Made by a program: the position numbers and the translations under genes | Shown: in pieces, positions 38,637 through 49,443 of the stretch | Layout: each line of letters opens with the position of its first letter | Numbering within the stretch: the first letter of the stretch is position 1 | IMG/VR virus record: IMGVR_UViG_3300046329_000127 | From: an uncultured virus (IMG/VR IMGVR_UViG_3300046329_000127) | Taxonomy: Duplodnaviria; Heunggongvirae; Uroviricota; Caudoviricetes | Direction: 5' to 3' (one strand) | Length of the DNA: 64,000 nucleotides | Notes under the pieces: generated by a model | Told to the model about the DNA's origin: nothing | Databases searched by the model: none | The model's input: only the letters and a program-made list of their open reading frames with translations

Positions 38637-41352
38637 AGATAGAAATATTGCTGTTTAAAGCAATCGAGTATAAAGACAAGTTACTAACAGCAAGCTTAAG
38701 ATCGATAATCGGAGTCTCCAACCTGATAACATTGATAACTAGATCACTGATAATAACAGGGGAAATTGCAAACCTATACTCAGTAAGATCGTCATAGGTT
38801 GCATCAATTGGCAATGGAAGTCCATTGAATCCAGTAAAGGAATAGACCTCATTCAATTCTACAACAAAGCTATAAGTATTACTGGCAATACTTGTAGGCA
38901 CGATCGCTATCACAATAATATCAAAAGTCGTGCTATCAGTTGCGCCAAGATTATCGGTAACTGTGATAGTGGCAGTAGTTGTCCCCGCACTAGCGATCGC
39001 ACCCCTTAAAATATTGCCAATAATCGACAATCCTAAAGGCAAACTAACAGAGCTAAACACATAGGGAGTAGCGCCGCCAGCCGCCGATAAGCTAATAGAT
39101 GTAGGAACACCCGCAATGAGGTTTTGATGGGGTATATCGCCAATATTTAGCGTACTGGTTAGCAATAAGGGAAAGGGTAAAGGCGGCGTTTGTATTTCTG
39201 GGATCGAGCCTGTTTTGTTGCCGATACCATCCTCGACAAATTGCCATGAATCACCTTCACGGTTTAGTGACACCCCAAAGCGATCGCGGATATAAGCACC
39301 GTTAGCGGCATACACACCTTGAAATGGCTTGTAATTTAGTACAGTGCCATAGCCACAGGCTAATTCACGGCTATAGTGTCGTTGCCATTTTAAGCGTCCA
39401 ATCCTTGCGGCATAGGCTTCGAGTTCACCTTTGGTCGTGAGAGTGTCAGCATTTACAAACTCGTTGTCGTTTACGAATGGCGATATTCCCGCGTAATTAG
39501 TGACTGCACTGCCTAACAATGGTTTTTGAATAACAGGGTAAGGCGCTGGGCGATAAGTGATTTCTGGAATAGAGTTGACAACGGTTTCAGTAGTTTGCAC
39601 ACCAAATAAATACCCCGCCGATGTTTTTGATTGCCCTTTATTTTGGGAGACTTCTTTGCGCTCAATCCATCGCCCTTGACACTCTTTGGTATATACGGTA
39701 TAGGTGCGCTCCAAGGTTACTAAACGCGAAGAAAGTTGACCTAATTTAGTTTGTGGCGGGGCAAAATAGACCTGATCTTTGACTTCATCAATAGAGCTAA
39801 TTTCATAAAGTTTTTGCCCCGCCGCTACGATAATGTCATCTCGGAATATCTCGCGATACCTATATTTTGTCGTTATTCTTTCGGTGATGTAGCGAGTGTT
39901 TAGATTGCTGGGATTATAGCTAAACCAATCACTCAGGGAAGCGTATTGCAAAGCAGTAGGGAACTTAGCCCAAGGTTCGCTGCGAGAGATTACCCTGCTT
40001 ATAATCTTTGATGCGTTCTGCGCTTCAAATGGTACATCTTCATAGGTTGTGATATCAGTCTCTTCAAGGAGATATCGCCATATTTGCCAATCCCAATCAA
40101 ATGAGAAACCATTTTTTTTATACTTCAGCCACCAGTCATAATAATATCCGCCACCACCATTAAGCTTAGTAACTGTATACCCCTTTGCTTGAGGGATCTG
40201 AACGCTAACCCTGCCAAATTGATCGACCTGACCGCCAAACAGAATCAATGCAGGGTTGCCAGCGATTCGCTTAGTGTATCTATAAACGTGCGGAGCTTTG
40301 TCAATTGATGACGCAAGAGTGCGATCTATTGCCCCGTAAAGGCGTAGTCTTCCGTTGATGTAGGTTCCGACAATATTGCCTTTTTGGTAAGCATAGCTTA
40401 CAAATTTATTATCTACATAAACTGGATACCTCAAACCTTTGATTAATTCTTGTTCTGGCGCGATCGCGCCAGCCTGATCGGAAGCGATAAAATTATGCTC
40501 AATCCTAGAAGAAACTTTGTTATATCGCCTTGAAGTATAAGCCCCATTCAGTAAAATCGCCACATCACTATTAGCAAATGTATAAGTGACTTTTGGATAT
40601 TTGTCTTGGCAAACATCAACGTCTTCATGGGTTGCTGACACCGTGATTTTTGCTTTTACAGGGTCTAGCCCTTGCTGCCTTGTGAAATTTAATAGTTCCT
40701 TTCGCGATTTTTGCCACACAATATTTTGCGCGGTCTGTGGGTATTCTGCCCATTTAATTACTTCTTGATCGCTCCACATCCAATAACCACGCTCACCCGC
40801 CATCTTTTGAGCTTCTTTGACGTACGATCCTTTAATACTGCGAGGCACTTTATATATCCCACCAATGCCATAGGGCGGCGTTTGCACAGTGACTGATCGC
40901 CCCATGAGGGATGATTGCTTCTGAATCAGCTTTACGGCTAAGTTATTCCAAGGGTTGTTTTGCCCTGTTTTAAATTCTGGTGCATCGGCGCTGGGTTGAT
41001 AGCTGTCAAGTATGCCAATAATATCGGTGATTTCGATTTCGGCTTGTCCATTATCCTGATTGAATCGATACCCATTAGGCTTGATTCTGAAGCGCTGCCA
41101 TAGGGTGCTTTCAAAGTAAACATCAATCGGTTGTAAGCCTGAGAGCCATCGCGAAGGATTTACTTCGTCATCAAAGAATGATCTCGCAAACCCTGATCGC
41201 ACTGGATACATTTCAATAGTGCCTGTCCAGATCAAGGGTGTTGACGGTTCGGCTAATGGGTGGCGAAACGAAAACCCTACTACAGCATCGGTAATATCAT
41301 CAGAGCCTAACATTATCTGAAATGGCGGTACTTTGAGACTATATCTGGTCAT
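38629..41352 (-). CDS. Tail/baseplate hub protein with Ig-like domain
   Basis: Downstream of tape measure; GGATPYVFS..LPLGLSI..TITVTD. Confidence 0.7.
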   Translation of the reverse strand: MTRYSLKVPPFQIMLGSDDITDAVVGFSFRHPLAEPSTPLIWTGTIEMYPVRSGFARSFFDDEVNPSRWLSGLQPIDVYFESTLWQRFRIKPNGYRFNQDNGQAEIEITDIIGILDSYQPSADAPEFKTGQNNPWNNLAVKLIQKQSSLMGRSVTVQTPPYGIGGIYKVPRSIKGSYVKEAQKMAGERGYWMWSDQEVIKWAEYPQTAQNIVWQKSRKELLNFTRQQGLDPVKAKITVSATHEDVDVCQDKYPKVTYTFANSDVAILLNGAYTSRRYNKVSSRIEHNFIASDQAGAIAPEQELIKGLRYPVYVDNKFVSYAYQKGNIVGTYINGRLRLYGAIDRTLASSIDKAPHVYRYTKRIAGNPALILFGGQVDQFGRVSVQIPQAKGYTVTKLNGGGGYYYDWWLKYKKNGFSFDWDWQIWRYLLEETDITTYEDVPFEAQNASKIISRVISRSEPWAKFPTALQYASLSDWFSYNPSNLNTRYITERITTKYRYREIFRDDIIVAAGQKLYEISSIDEVKDQVYFAPPQTKLGQLSSRLVTLERTYTVYTKECQGRWIERKEVSQNKGQSKTSAGYLFGVQTTETVVNSIPEITYRPAPYPVIQKPLLGSAVTNYAGISPFVNDNEFVNADTLTTKGELEAYAARIGRLKWQRHYSRELACGYGTVLNYKPFQGVYAANGAYIRDRFGVSLNREGDSWQFVEDGIGNKTGSIPEIQTPPLPFPLLLTSTLNIGDIPHQNLIAGVPTSISLSAAGGATPYVFSSVSLPLGLSIIGNILRGAIASAGTTTATITVTDNLGATDSTTFDIIVIAIVPTSIASNTYSFVVELNEVYSFTGFNGLPLPIDATYDDLTEYRFAISPVIISDLVINVIRLETPIIDLKLAVSNLSLYSIALNSNISIYN

Positions 41353-41841
41353 CTATGTAGCCTCGATAAATTTCAAGCCTTTAAGCAGCCAAAGATCACC
41401 GCCTTGGAAAATTATAAATTGAGGTGCTTCGATCTTGAGGTAAGTATTGAAAGCATAAAACCCTAGCGTTGCACCACTCAAGGAAATTATTGAGTCAGGC
41501 ACTAAGGTTCGCGGATGAAACGATGCTTCTGTACTGTCTAAGTACTCATTTTCATCTTGGAGCCAAAATATTCTTGATGAGTCTTGCTTGTACGCCGCCA
41601 AGTATCTGCCTATCAAAGCTTTGTCAGCACTGGTTATTAGTGCGGCTGGTTCCCAGTTGTATGTTGATTTAAAGTTGAGATTACCTTTGTCAGACACGCC
41701 GCCCGTTGCATTCCTTTCCCCAGCGTTAGGATAATCGGCTGGTTCTCTGTTGCATAGCCTTTCTCCACTAGGAACTTTATCCAAAACTAAATTTGGAAAG
41801 CCTGATGTGCCAATCGTTATTCTTCTTAGGGTGCAAGTCAT
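41353..41841 (-). CDS. Putative distal tail protein
   Basis: Between tape measure and hub. Confidence 0.5.
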   Translation of the reverse strand: MTCTLRRITIGTSGFPNLVLDKVPSGERLCNREPADYPNAGERNATGGVSDKGNLNFKSTYNWEPAALITSADKALIGRYLAAYKQDSSRIFWLQDENEYLDSTEASFHPRTLVPDSIISLSGATLGFYAFNTYLKIEAPQFIIFQGGDLWLLKGLKFIEAT

Positions 41842-42242
41842 GAGGCGATCGCGCTGTTTATCTGTCGATATATTACCACTTTTTTAAATTGGTAATGCGA
41901 TCACACCATATCCCCGCAATCAAGAATATGGTGTGATCGCGGATTGGTTACTGTCCTAGAAGCGTCTGCCAGTTTTTAGCATTGCGTAGATAGGCGATCA
42001 CCTCTTCAAACTTGCGATCGGCTACAACTATTTTACCATTTTCCGAAACTGGGAACCTAATAAAAAAGCGCATCGGGGGACGCGCTGTCAAATCAATTAA
42101 TCATATTGATGCAAGTACACCATTTACTAAAACTGGCAATGAGAGCTAAAATAAACTCACAAAACCCGCCAAGCCTATCAACGATGCTGAAACTGTGCGG
42201 GTTCCTTTTTTCTGCCACCCTCATCAATGAGGACACCTAAAC

Positions 42243-45200
42243 CTAAACCCGCAACAACTGACTGGCAACTCGATAGGCGGTCAGATCGGGGCGCGGATCA
42301 TTCGAGAAATTGTTAATCACATTTGGCTTTGTAATGCGATCGCTAAGCTGACTCAACAAAGTATTTTGCAATTTCAATTCTGCCAATAATTCAGTGTTAT
42401 TGATTCTTAAAACTCCACTAATCGCGCCAAAGTTGATATTAGGTAATTGCCCAGAATCAAACACGCCTAACGATCCAAGTTGCTTAGTCTCAGAGGCGTT
42501 GTGAACCCATGTTGGAGCGTCAAATTCGACTGTGCGCTCACCATTCGGCAAAAGCGATGTTTCGAGTGTTTGCAGATTCGTGATCGCCTCTTGCCCACGT
42601 TCGTTAACTGTGACGGGGATATCCGCAGGAGCTAGCCCACCAGTGAAGTATCCCAGTCCTACACTGTCATCTCTTTGAGCTTGCTGTGTTTGCAATTGGC
42701 TTGGGCGTTTCTTATCATTTGCCTTGTTAATCCGTTCCAGCCACGCCTTAGCGACCTCCCCTTCAGGATTACCGATAAACTCTTTAGCTGTTTCTTCGGA
42801 GATAGTTGGATCGATCGCCCGTAGATTAGCAAATTGTTGTTCAGCTTTTTTGTTTACATCCGATCTCAAAGCGTCTGCTTCCTTCCCTTTTCCACTAGCA
42901 ATTGAGTCTAGCTGTTGATCGGTGTAACTGCCGTCCACGTTCTTAGCGATCGCTCTTGTCTTTGCGCGATCAGAAAGAATTTGATTGTTTTGAGATTCGG
43001 CGCTAGCAAGATCTTGTTTGGCTGTACCTAATTGTTTAATATTCTGCCCTTGCTCGGATTGTTTCACCGCCTGTTGTTGGGCTTGTTGTTGAGCGATCGC
43101 CTCAGCTTGCTCCTCACGCGATTTAAAGATCGGGTTTTCACTCAACTCCTTAGCCTGTGCAATAACCTCTTGCAATCCGTTCTTGGTTGCCTTGAGTGAA
43201 TTTGGCAATGATGCAAAATTATCAGCTACTTGCTGACTGGTTCCCTCAAAAGCAACAGCGCCATCGGCAACAGCAGCTAAATCTTGACTGCGTTCATCAA
43301 GGACTTTTTGGACATTTTCAGGGCTTTTTGCGTCAGCTAATTTTTTACGAGCAGATTTTTCGTTGGCGATCGCGGGAGTTCCGACTACACCAGCCTTGAT
43401 CGCCTCAGAAGATTGCAAACCAACCAAGCCCGAATCTGCTCCTGCGATTTTATTCTTGAATTGCGCTCCTTCCTGCTCTTGGTTAAATGTACTGCGTTCT
43501 GCTTCCTGTGTTACTGACAATGTTTGACGTTGTAAATCGCCAATTTGCTTATTGCCTTTGACTTGCTCATCGGTAAGCGCGACTAACTCCAAGGCACTAG
43601 CGATCGCGTCTTTGTCGCCCGAAGCCTTAGCCTTGATTAATGCAATCTTTGCCTCAACCTGTAATTGGCGATCGCGGATTTGTGATTGCTGAATCTGGAT
43701 CTCAAGCTCACGCTTGGCATTAGCTTGATCCTGCTCAAATTTCCTTGCTTTTAGTTCAAGGACTTTTTGCTCTTGATCATAAATCTGGCGGGCGATACCT
43801 AATTCATTTGTGCCAGCACTAATACCAAGTTGGGCGAGTCGTTCGCGAGTGAGTCGTTCCTTTTCTTTATTGATCGCCCCTTCCTTAGAGGCTTTCCGTT
43901 GCTCCGCCGCCGCGTCTTCTTCAGCAAATACCGCTTCCTGTTTCTTCTTGGCTTCTTCGTCAAGCCCTTTAAGTATTTCTTTTCTGTTCGTATCCCTTTG
44001 CTTCTGTTCGTCAGCACTGGCTTTATCGCGACTAGCTTTGAGGATGTCAGCCGCTTCTTTCAATGCCGACAGTTGGTTTTCTGCACCCCTCAACTGTGCA
44101 TCGGCGATCGCACTTTGTAATTTCACCTGTGCGCCCAACAATGAATTTTGAGATTCTAAAAGCTTAGTTACGCGATCGTTGGTAGTTTTCTCAATCTCAA
44201 GGATATTGATTTTTTGCTCGTAAATAATTTTGTTACGGGCAATCAAGTTGTCGGTTGCATCAAGATTTAATTTGGCAATGTCCGACTCTTGACTGCCAAT
44301 CTTTAAAATTAACTCCTCTTTTTCTTTCTGGCTACCAACAAAATTAGCCAAATTAGTTTTGTCAAACTCAAGGACACGGCGCTTGTCTGCGATCTCGCTC
44401 TCGATGGTCTGCTTTTTAATGAGAAGAGACTGCTCTTGAAGTTGATTCTCATTTTCAAAGCCGCCAAGTTTTAAGGCTTGGATATCTGCCTGTGTCGCTA
44501 GTTCGGCTTTCTTGCGTAGATCGGCATTGGCACTGAGTTCGCGATCAAGTCCACCGCGAAGCGCGGCGACTTGTTCCTTAACAAAATCAAGTTCACTCTT
44601 GGTAAGATCGGCGATCGCTTTTTTGCGTTGGGTTATCAAATCCCTCTCAAGCTCTGAACCCTTGACAACGAATTTAAGCTTTTCGTTAATCCCATCAATT
44701 TCAACTTGCTTCTCGCCTGCTTTGAGTTCACCAAGCTTATTGATTCCATCAATTTCACTGAGTAAGCCGCGCTCAATAGTTAGCTGTGTTTCAGACTGAA
44801 ACGCTTGGATAAGTGCAGTCTGCTTTTGGGTTTCAGTGCCAACGATATCGGTTGCCGCCTTAGCCGCCGCCACGCGATCTTCTTTGAGTAGAAACTCGCC
44901 TTGACTGAGAGCTTTTAATCGTTCTAGCCCTGATTCTTTACTGCGAATACCTAACTCAATTTCTTGCTGAAGTACTCCCACAAAGGTTTTTGCTTGTGTA
45001 ACCGCAAGTTGTGTACCTTTTTTAAACTCAGTATAGTAATTATCTGAAACAACATTAAACTGTTGCTTCAGAGTACCTTGATTTATTGCTTTCTGACCTA
45101 AGATCGCTGTTTCGTCAAGAGTATTTGTAACATCTTGCTGGAATTGTTTTAGTCGAGCGATTTCTTCTTTTGCTTCGGCTTCATTGAGCTTGAAAAGCCC

Positions 45201-47225
45201 AAAAGTTTTATTGTTATCAACAGCATCTTGTAAGTCTTTGATCTGACTGGGAATATCCTTTGCGGTATCAGCCAGCAATTTCTTGTAACCTTCAAGCTGT
45301 TTTCTGCCTTCATCTGTAATAGTGCCAGCCTTTTGTTGGTCTTGAAGCTCCTTTAGTCTTTTAGTGAAATTGGCTACATTCCTTCCAACGCCGTCAACAG
45401 TGTTCTTCCAAGCTTCAACCGTATTTTTGGACGCATCCATCGCCGCGTTATACGCAAAGACCCCACCTGTCAGCAAACCGATCGCAACTGCTAGACCACC
45501 AGCAACAACGACTGCTGTTAGTGCGGCTGCAATGAATCCCCCAAACCCTTTAACAGCAGCCGTAATTAATGCGACAACAAGCTTTCCAATGCTCGTTATC
45601 GTGGCAGGGATTGAAACCGTAACGAAAGTTGTTAGGGCTTTAATGGCGGCTGGAATCGCTGTTGACGAAAATAGTAGGAATGATTTTGTCGCGGTAGGAA
45701 TAGTAACAGTCGCGAAAGTTGTTAGCGCTGTGATGGCTACTGGAATTGCGGACAACGCTAAAACCAAAACACCTGTAATGGCGGCTGGAATCACTGTTGC
45801 AAATGAAATTAGCGATGTGACCGCAGTTGTTCCAGCCGCGAGCGCAAACTTTATGATCGCAATAGTTGCCGATGGGATAGCTGCAATGAATGAAGTTATC
45901 CCAGTGAAGATCGCACTGACCAAAGCCAAATTAAAGGCTTGAATGGAAGCAATGGTAGTACCTATTGTTGTGGCGATCGCAGTTAAAGCCACCTTAAATA
46001 CAGCTAAAGCCCCTCCCGCAGTAGTTGAGGCGGCTGCAAACTGGACTTGTAATACAGATATCAGCGCTTGGATACTGGCGACTAACCCTTGGGCGATCGG
46101 TCCTACAAAACCTAGCCGACCAGCGAAAACAGCGATCGCTACTGAAGCTCCATTAACTGCGATCGCCACTAATCCAACAGAAATTACAAACTTTCCAATC
46201 CCAGTATTAGCTAATTCTAGTATCGGAACAATTGTTGCATTTAAAATTGTGGCGATCGCCGACAATGCCCCTAGCACCACATTCAAGGCAACAGATAGCA
46301 GTGGTACAGATGTTTGAGCGATCGCGCCAATGGCAGTAAATAAGCCCTGAATCGTGGGAATAAACTGAGATAGGACAGTGCCGACTTGTGAGGCGATCGC
46401 GACAAGTCCTGTGGTTAGATTGGAGATAAATGATTCGATCCGTGGCTGTGCAGCTAATAAGCTGTAGTAGATTTTAGTTAGCTGTGCAACGACTGGCGGT
46501 AATACGACCTTCCCAAAGCTTTCTTGCAGTCTTTGGAATACTTCAAGGATATTAGAAGATACGCCGCCAAAAGTTTTAGCCACCAAGCTCTGCGCGGCGG
46601 CTAGAGCTTCTGTCTTTTTTAGTAGGAACTCAACCAAAGTCCCTTTAGCTTTTTCTTGCTGGATCTGAGTATTGTTGATTGCAAGAGTTTTAGCCAAGGC
46701 GCTGTTTTGATCAATAGTCCCCTGCAAGATACTGGTTATTTCTTGCCGAGAGCCAGCCAAAGGTATTGATAATGCCGAAAACGAACTTCCGAAAGCTTTC
46801 GTTAATTTCGCGGCATCATCTAGGCTTGCGCCAATGTTCCCAACTTCACCTGAGATGATCTGAAATACACCAATGAGGTCGTCAGATGTGACGTTAGCAA
46901 GCTCAAGACTGTCTTTCCTTACTTGCGCGATCGCCTTATTAACCGATGGCGCTAATTTATTAATCCTCTCCAAAGGATCGGCAATACTTGTGCCAAACGA
47001 CTGAATATCATTTGTCGCAGATAGAGCGCCCCGAATACTAATTAACTGCTGCTCTAATTGGATCGAGCTACCCACTAGGCTCTGAAACGTACCGTTGGCG
47101 ATCGCGCCGAATGACTGAATCCCAAACTTTAGGTTGTTCAACGCAAATAAATTACGCTGAAACCCCTTTAGGAGTTCATCTAAACCATCTGCGGAAATCT
47201 CTAAATCAAGTCTGCGAGATGCCAT
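42243..47225 (-). CDS. Tail tape measure protein
   Basis: 1660 aa; hydrophobic Ala-rich segment, long coiled coil, C-terminal GYFTGG..VNERGQE. Confidence 0.9.
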   Translation of the reverse strand: MASRRLDLEISADGLDELLKGFQRNLFALNNLKFGIQSFGAIANGTFQSLVGSSIQLEQQLISIRGALSATNDIQSFGTSIADPLERINKLAPSVNKAIAQVRKDSLELANVTSDDLIGVFQIISGEVGNIGASLDDAAKLTKAFGSSFSALSIPLAGSRQEITSILQGTIDQNSALAKTLAINNTQIQQEKAKGTLVEFLLKKTEALAAAQSLVAKTFGGVSSNILEVFQRLQESFGKVVLPPVVAQLTKIYYSLLAAQPRIESFISNLTTGLVAIASQVGTVLSQFIPTIQGLFTAIGAIAQTSVPLLSVALNVVLGALSAIATILNATIVPILELANTGIGKFVISVGLVAIAVNGASVAIAVFAGRLGFVGPIAQGLVASIQALISVLQVQFAAASTTAGGALAVFKVALTAIATTIGTTIASIQAFNLALVSAIFTGITSFIAAIPSATIAIIKFALAAGTTAVTSLISFATVIPAAITGVLVLALSAIPVAITALTTFATVTIPTATKSFLLFSSTAIPAAIKALTTFVTVSIPATITSIGKLVVALITAAVKGFGGFIAAALTAVVVAGGLAVAIGLLTGGVFAYNAAMDASKNTVEAWKNTVDGVGRNVANFTKRLKELQDQQKAGTITDEGRKQLEGYKKLLADTAKDIPSQIKDLQDAVDNNKTFGLFKLNEAEAKEEIARLKQFQQDVTNTLDETAILGQKAINQGTLKQQFNVVSDNYYTEFKKGTQLAVTQAKTFVGVLQQEIELGIRSKESGLERLKALSQGEFLLKEDRVAAAKAATDIVGTETQKQTALIQAFQSETQLTIERGLLSEIDGINKLGELKAGEKQVEIDGINEKLKFVVKGSELERDLITQRKKAIADLTKSELDFVKEQVAALRGGLDRELSANADLRKKAELATQADIQALKLGGFENENQLQEQSLLIKKQTIESEIADKRRVLEFDKTNLANFVGSQKEKEELILKIGSQESDIAKLNLDATDNLIARNKIIYEQKINILEIEKTTNDRVTKLLESQNSLLGAQVKLQSAIADAQLRGAENQLSALKEAADILKASRDKASADEQKQRDTNRKEILKGLDEEAKKKQEAVFAEEDAAAEQRKASKEGAINKEKERLTRERLAQLGISAGTNELGIARQIYDQEQKVLELKARKFEQDQANAKRELEIQIQQSQIRDRQLQVEAKIALIKAKASGDKDAIASALELVALTDEQVKGNKQIGDLQRQTLSVTQEAERSTFNQEQEGAQFKNKIAGADSGLVGLQSSEAIKAGVVGTPAIANEKSARKKLADAKSPENVQKVLDERSQDLAAVADGAVAFEGTSQQVADNFASLPNSLKATKNGLQEVIAQAKELSENPIFKSREEQAEAIAQQQAQQQAVKQSEQGQNIKQLGTAKQDLASAESQNNQILSDRAKTRAIAKNVDGSYTDQQLDSIASGKGKEADALRSDVNKKAEQQFANLRAIDPTISEETAKEFIGNPEGEVAKAWLERINKANDKKRPSQLQTQQAQRDDSVGLGYFTGGLAPADIPVTVNERGQEAITNLQTLETSLLPNGERTVEFDAPTWVHNASETKQLGSLGVFDSGQLPNINFGAISGVLRINNTELLAELKLQNTLLSQLSDRITKPNVINNFSNDPRPDLTAYRVASQLLRV

Positions 47226-47286
47226 TGGGAAATACTAAGCTTAATTTCCCCACGAAAGGCACTCGCATCACTGCGACAGCCTTATT

Positions 47287-47499
47287 TTACGCTAAAATCA
47301 AGGCAAAATCAGGATGAATGCCGTCTATCGGAATCGCGATAGACCTCGAAAGCGTTTCCAGATAAGAGTTTGTGGACTTGAGATTATTCCAGTGTCCAAA
47401 TTGTTTACCACTGGCTTGCGCCATGTCAGTTAGTGAAACATAGTGATCGCTGCGAATACGAATACTGCGATCATTCCAATTCTTGATAAGATTAGACAT
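47287..47499 (-). pseudogene. Truncated KilA-N domain gene
   Basis: IRIRSDHYVSLTDMAQASGKQFGHW; ends after 70 aa. Confidence 0.7.
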
Positions 47500-47667
47500 T
47501 GTGTACCTGTGATTAAAACTTAGGTGTACTTGGCTCGGATACGGGAAATATCGCGGAGCCTTTTTTATTGTTTTTACATCCCCATTATTAGTAAACGATT
47601 TACCGTAAATGGAAACAAACTCGCATAAAATTTTAGTAGCGAGTTAAAGGGCGATCGATTGGAAACC

Positions 47668-47910
47668 CTAGCCGTTTATAACAACGCCAAAGTCAGTGTC
47701 CAGAGCAGCCTCTATTTTTTTTAATGTCTCGAACGGCAAGCTATTAAACTTTTCGCCTTCAATTCGATACCAATTAGCTGTAGTCATGCCAGCTAGCGCC
47801 GCTAATTGAGTTAAAGATCGCTTATCACTGGATCTCGCTTTTTTAATGCGATCGCCCAAATTAGGTACTTCAACTTCAATAGTCCTTACTACCTTTATTG
47901 CTGTATTCAT
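47668..47910 (-). CDS. XRE-family HTH regulator
   Basis: SLTQLAALAGMTTANWYRIE...ETLKKIEAAL. Confidence 0.85.
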   Translation of the reverse strand: MNTAIKVVRTIEVEVPNLGDRIKKARSSDKRSLTQLAALAGMTTANWYRIEGEKFNSLPFETLKKIEAALDTDFGVVING

Positions 47911-48094
47911 AGGTTTCCTCAAATACTTTAACCTGATTTATATCCTAGTTTATCGCTTGCTACTTGTCAAACACAATTTATTACTTGACAAGTGTCGCGT
48001 AATAAATTACTATTTAGAAATAAGGAAAGGCGATCGCACCCTAAGTCCGCAAAACCAAGAGCGATCGCCACTGCCACCAACGGACACTCAACGT

Positions 48095-48448
48095 ATGACA
48101 CAAGCATTACAAATCATCGGCAGTTACGACAACCGCACCCGCACAGGCACGATCGCCTCACCTGAGGCTCACGCAATGGTAAAAGCATCAGCGCCCCGCA
48201 AGGCGCTGATTAAGCGTGGTATGGATGAGTGCTTGGCGATCGCCAACGGGCTTATCCAAGCTCAAATCTACGAAAACGGAGGCAGATATTACGTCAGCAC
48301 GCCTGAACTGCCAACGCGGATCTTCATCTGCAAAGCATTGAAGAGGGATAAAACACCTCTTTACAACACATTGGTAGACATTCAGCGTCAGACAATCCAA
48401 GCGATATCTGACGCTGAACTCTCGGCATTGACTTCTGAATGTTTCTAA
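48095..48448 (+). CDS. Hypothetical protein (start MTQALQ)
   Basis: Downstream of a TTGACA-17-TACTAT promoter at about 47985. Confidence 0.6.
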   Translation: MTQALQIIGSYDNRTRTGTIASPEAHAMVKASAPRKALIKRGMDECLAIANGLIQAQIYENGGRYYVSTPELPTRIFICKALKRDKTPLYNTLVDIQRQTIQAISDAELSALTSECF

Positions 48449-48468
48449 GATGCACCTATTAAAAAATC

Positions 48469-48714
48469 ATGAAAACCCAAACCCGCCCCGCAAACTACTA
48501 CGCGTCAGGGATCTCAATTCCTGACTATGTAGAAAAAGCAATTTTAAGCCTATCCCTAGGCGAAAAGCTACGATTCGCTCAAGACCTTATCACTGCCATG
48601 AGAGGCGATGATTCGGTATTCTTAGCAAATACCAATGAAGCTCTATGGCTTCAGTCGCAACCATTCGACAGCTTGTTATCCGTCCTTAAATGGGTCACTT
48701 CCGAGCTTTTGTAA
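48469..48714 (+). CDS. Hypothetical protein
   Basis: ORF context. Confidence 0.6.
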   Translation: MKTQTRPANYYASGISIPDYVEKAILSLSLGEKLRFAQDLITAMRGDDSVFLANTNEALWLQSQPFDSLLSVLKWVTSELL

Positions 48715-48842
48715 TCATTCCCTGATCGCCTAACTCTATCAACTAGGCGATCGCCTCAACATTTCCCACCCGCAGTGGCGAATCAAAAGTAAAAAACAAA
48801 GCAAAATACGTCCCTATTGCCGCTTAAGGCAGGATCTCAACC

Positions 48843-49373
48843 ATGTTTCCAAATAACTACACTCCCCCCGAATCTAGCTCTGAAGCTACTGGCAAATACA
48901 CCAGAATCAAAGAAAACGAAGCTGTGAAGCTTCGGATTTTGAGTGATTGCTTGACTGGCTACGTCTACTGGACTAACGATAACATGCCAGTTCGTTCTCA
49001 AGTTCAATTCTCGGCTACACCAAACATCCGAGAAGGCGACAAGTGTAAACATTTTTGGGTTTTTAAAGTGTGGAATTACACGACAAAACAGATTGAAGTC
49101 TGGGAGATTTCCCAGGCTACTATCCGGGACGCACTTTGGGCTTACTGGAAAGATGATGAATATGGGGATTTACGCAAATTCCCTATCAAAGTTACCCGCA
49201 CTGGTAAGGCTTTGGAAACCAAGTATCAGGTTATCGCGGGGCAAATCAAGCCCCTAGACGAGGAAATTGCAGTCGCAAGCGCCAACACTTGCGTGAATCT
49301 CCACGCGCTTTATGAGGGCGCAAACCCATTTGAAGCAGATAGTAACGCAAACCACGCTGACGTTGATTTTTAA
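48843..49373 (+). CDS. gp32-like phage single-stranded DNA-binding protein
   Basis: VKLRIL, VWNY...WEISQ, IKVTRTGKALETKY, acidic tail DVDF. Confidence 0.6.
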   Translation: MFPNNYTPPESSSEATGKYTRIKENEAVKLRILSDCLTGYVYWTNDNMPVRSQVQFSATPNIREGDKCKHFWVFKVWNYTTKQIEVWEISQATIRDALWAYWKDDEYGDLRKFPIKVTRTGKALETKYQVIAGQIKPLDEEIAVASANTCVNLHALYEGANPFEADSNANHADVDF

Positions 49374-49384
49374 CTCTTTTGCTC

Positions 49385-49439
49385 GTTAACCACAATAAAA
49401 AGCCGATTGCATTGCAATCGGCTTTTTATTGTGGTTAAC
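49385..49439. terminator. Bidirectional terminator
   Basis: Long near-perfect inverted repeat between convergent genes. Confidence 0.85.
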
Positions 49440-49443
49440 ACTA

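Noticed and set aside
26044..41352. Diversity-generating retroelement acting on tail fibres
   Set aside because: No reverse transcriptase or TR/VR pair seen
45364..46317. Long + strand ORFs, and similar ones such as 49881-50210(-)
   Set aside because: Antisense shadows of tape measure, HU and other genes
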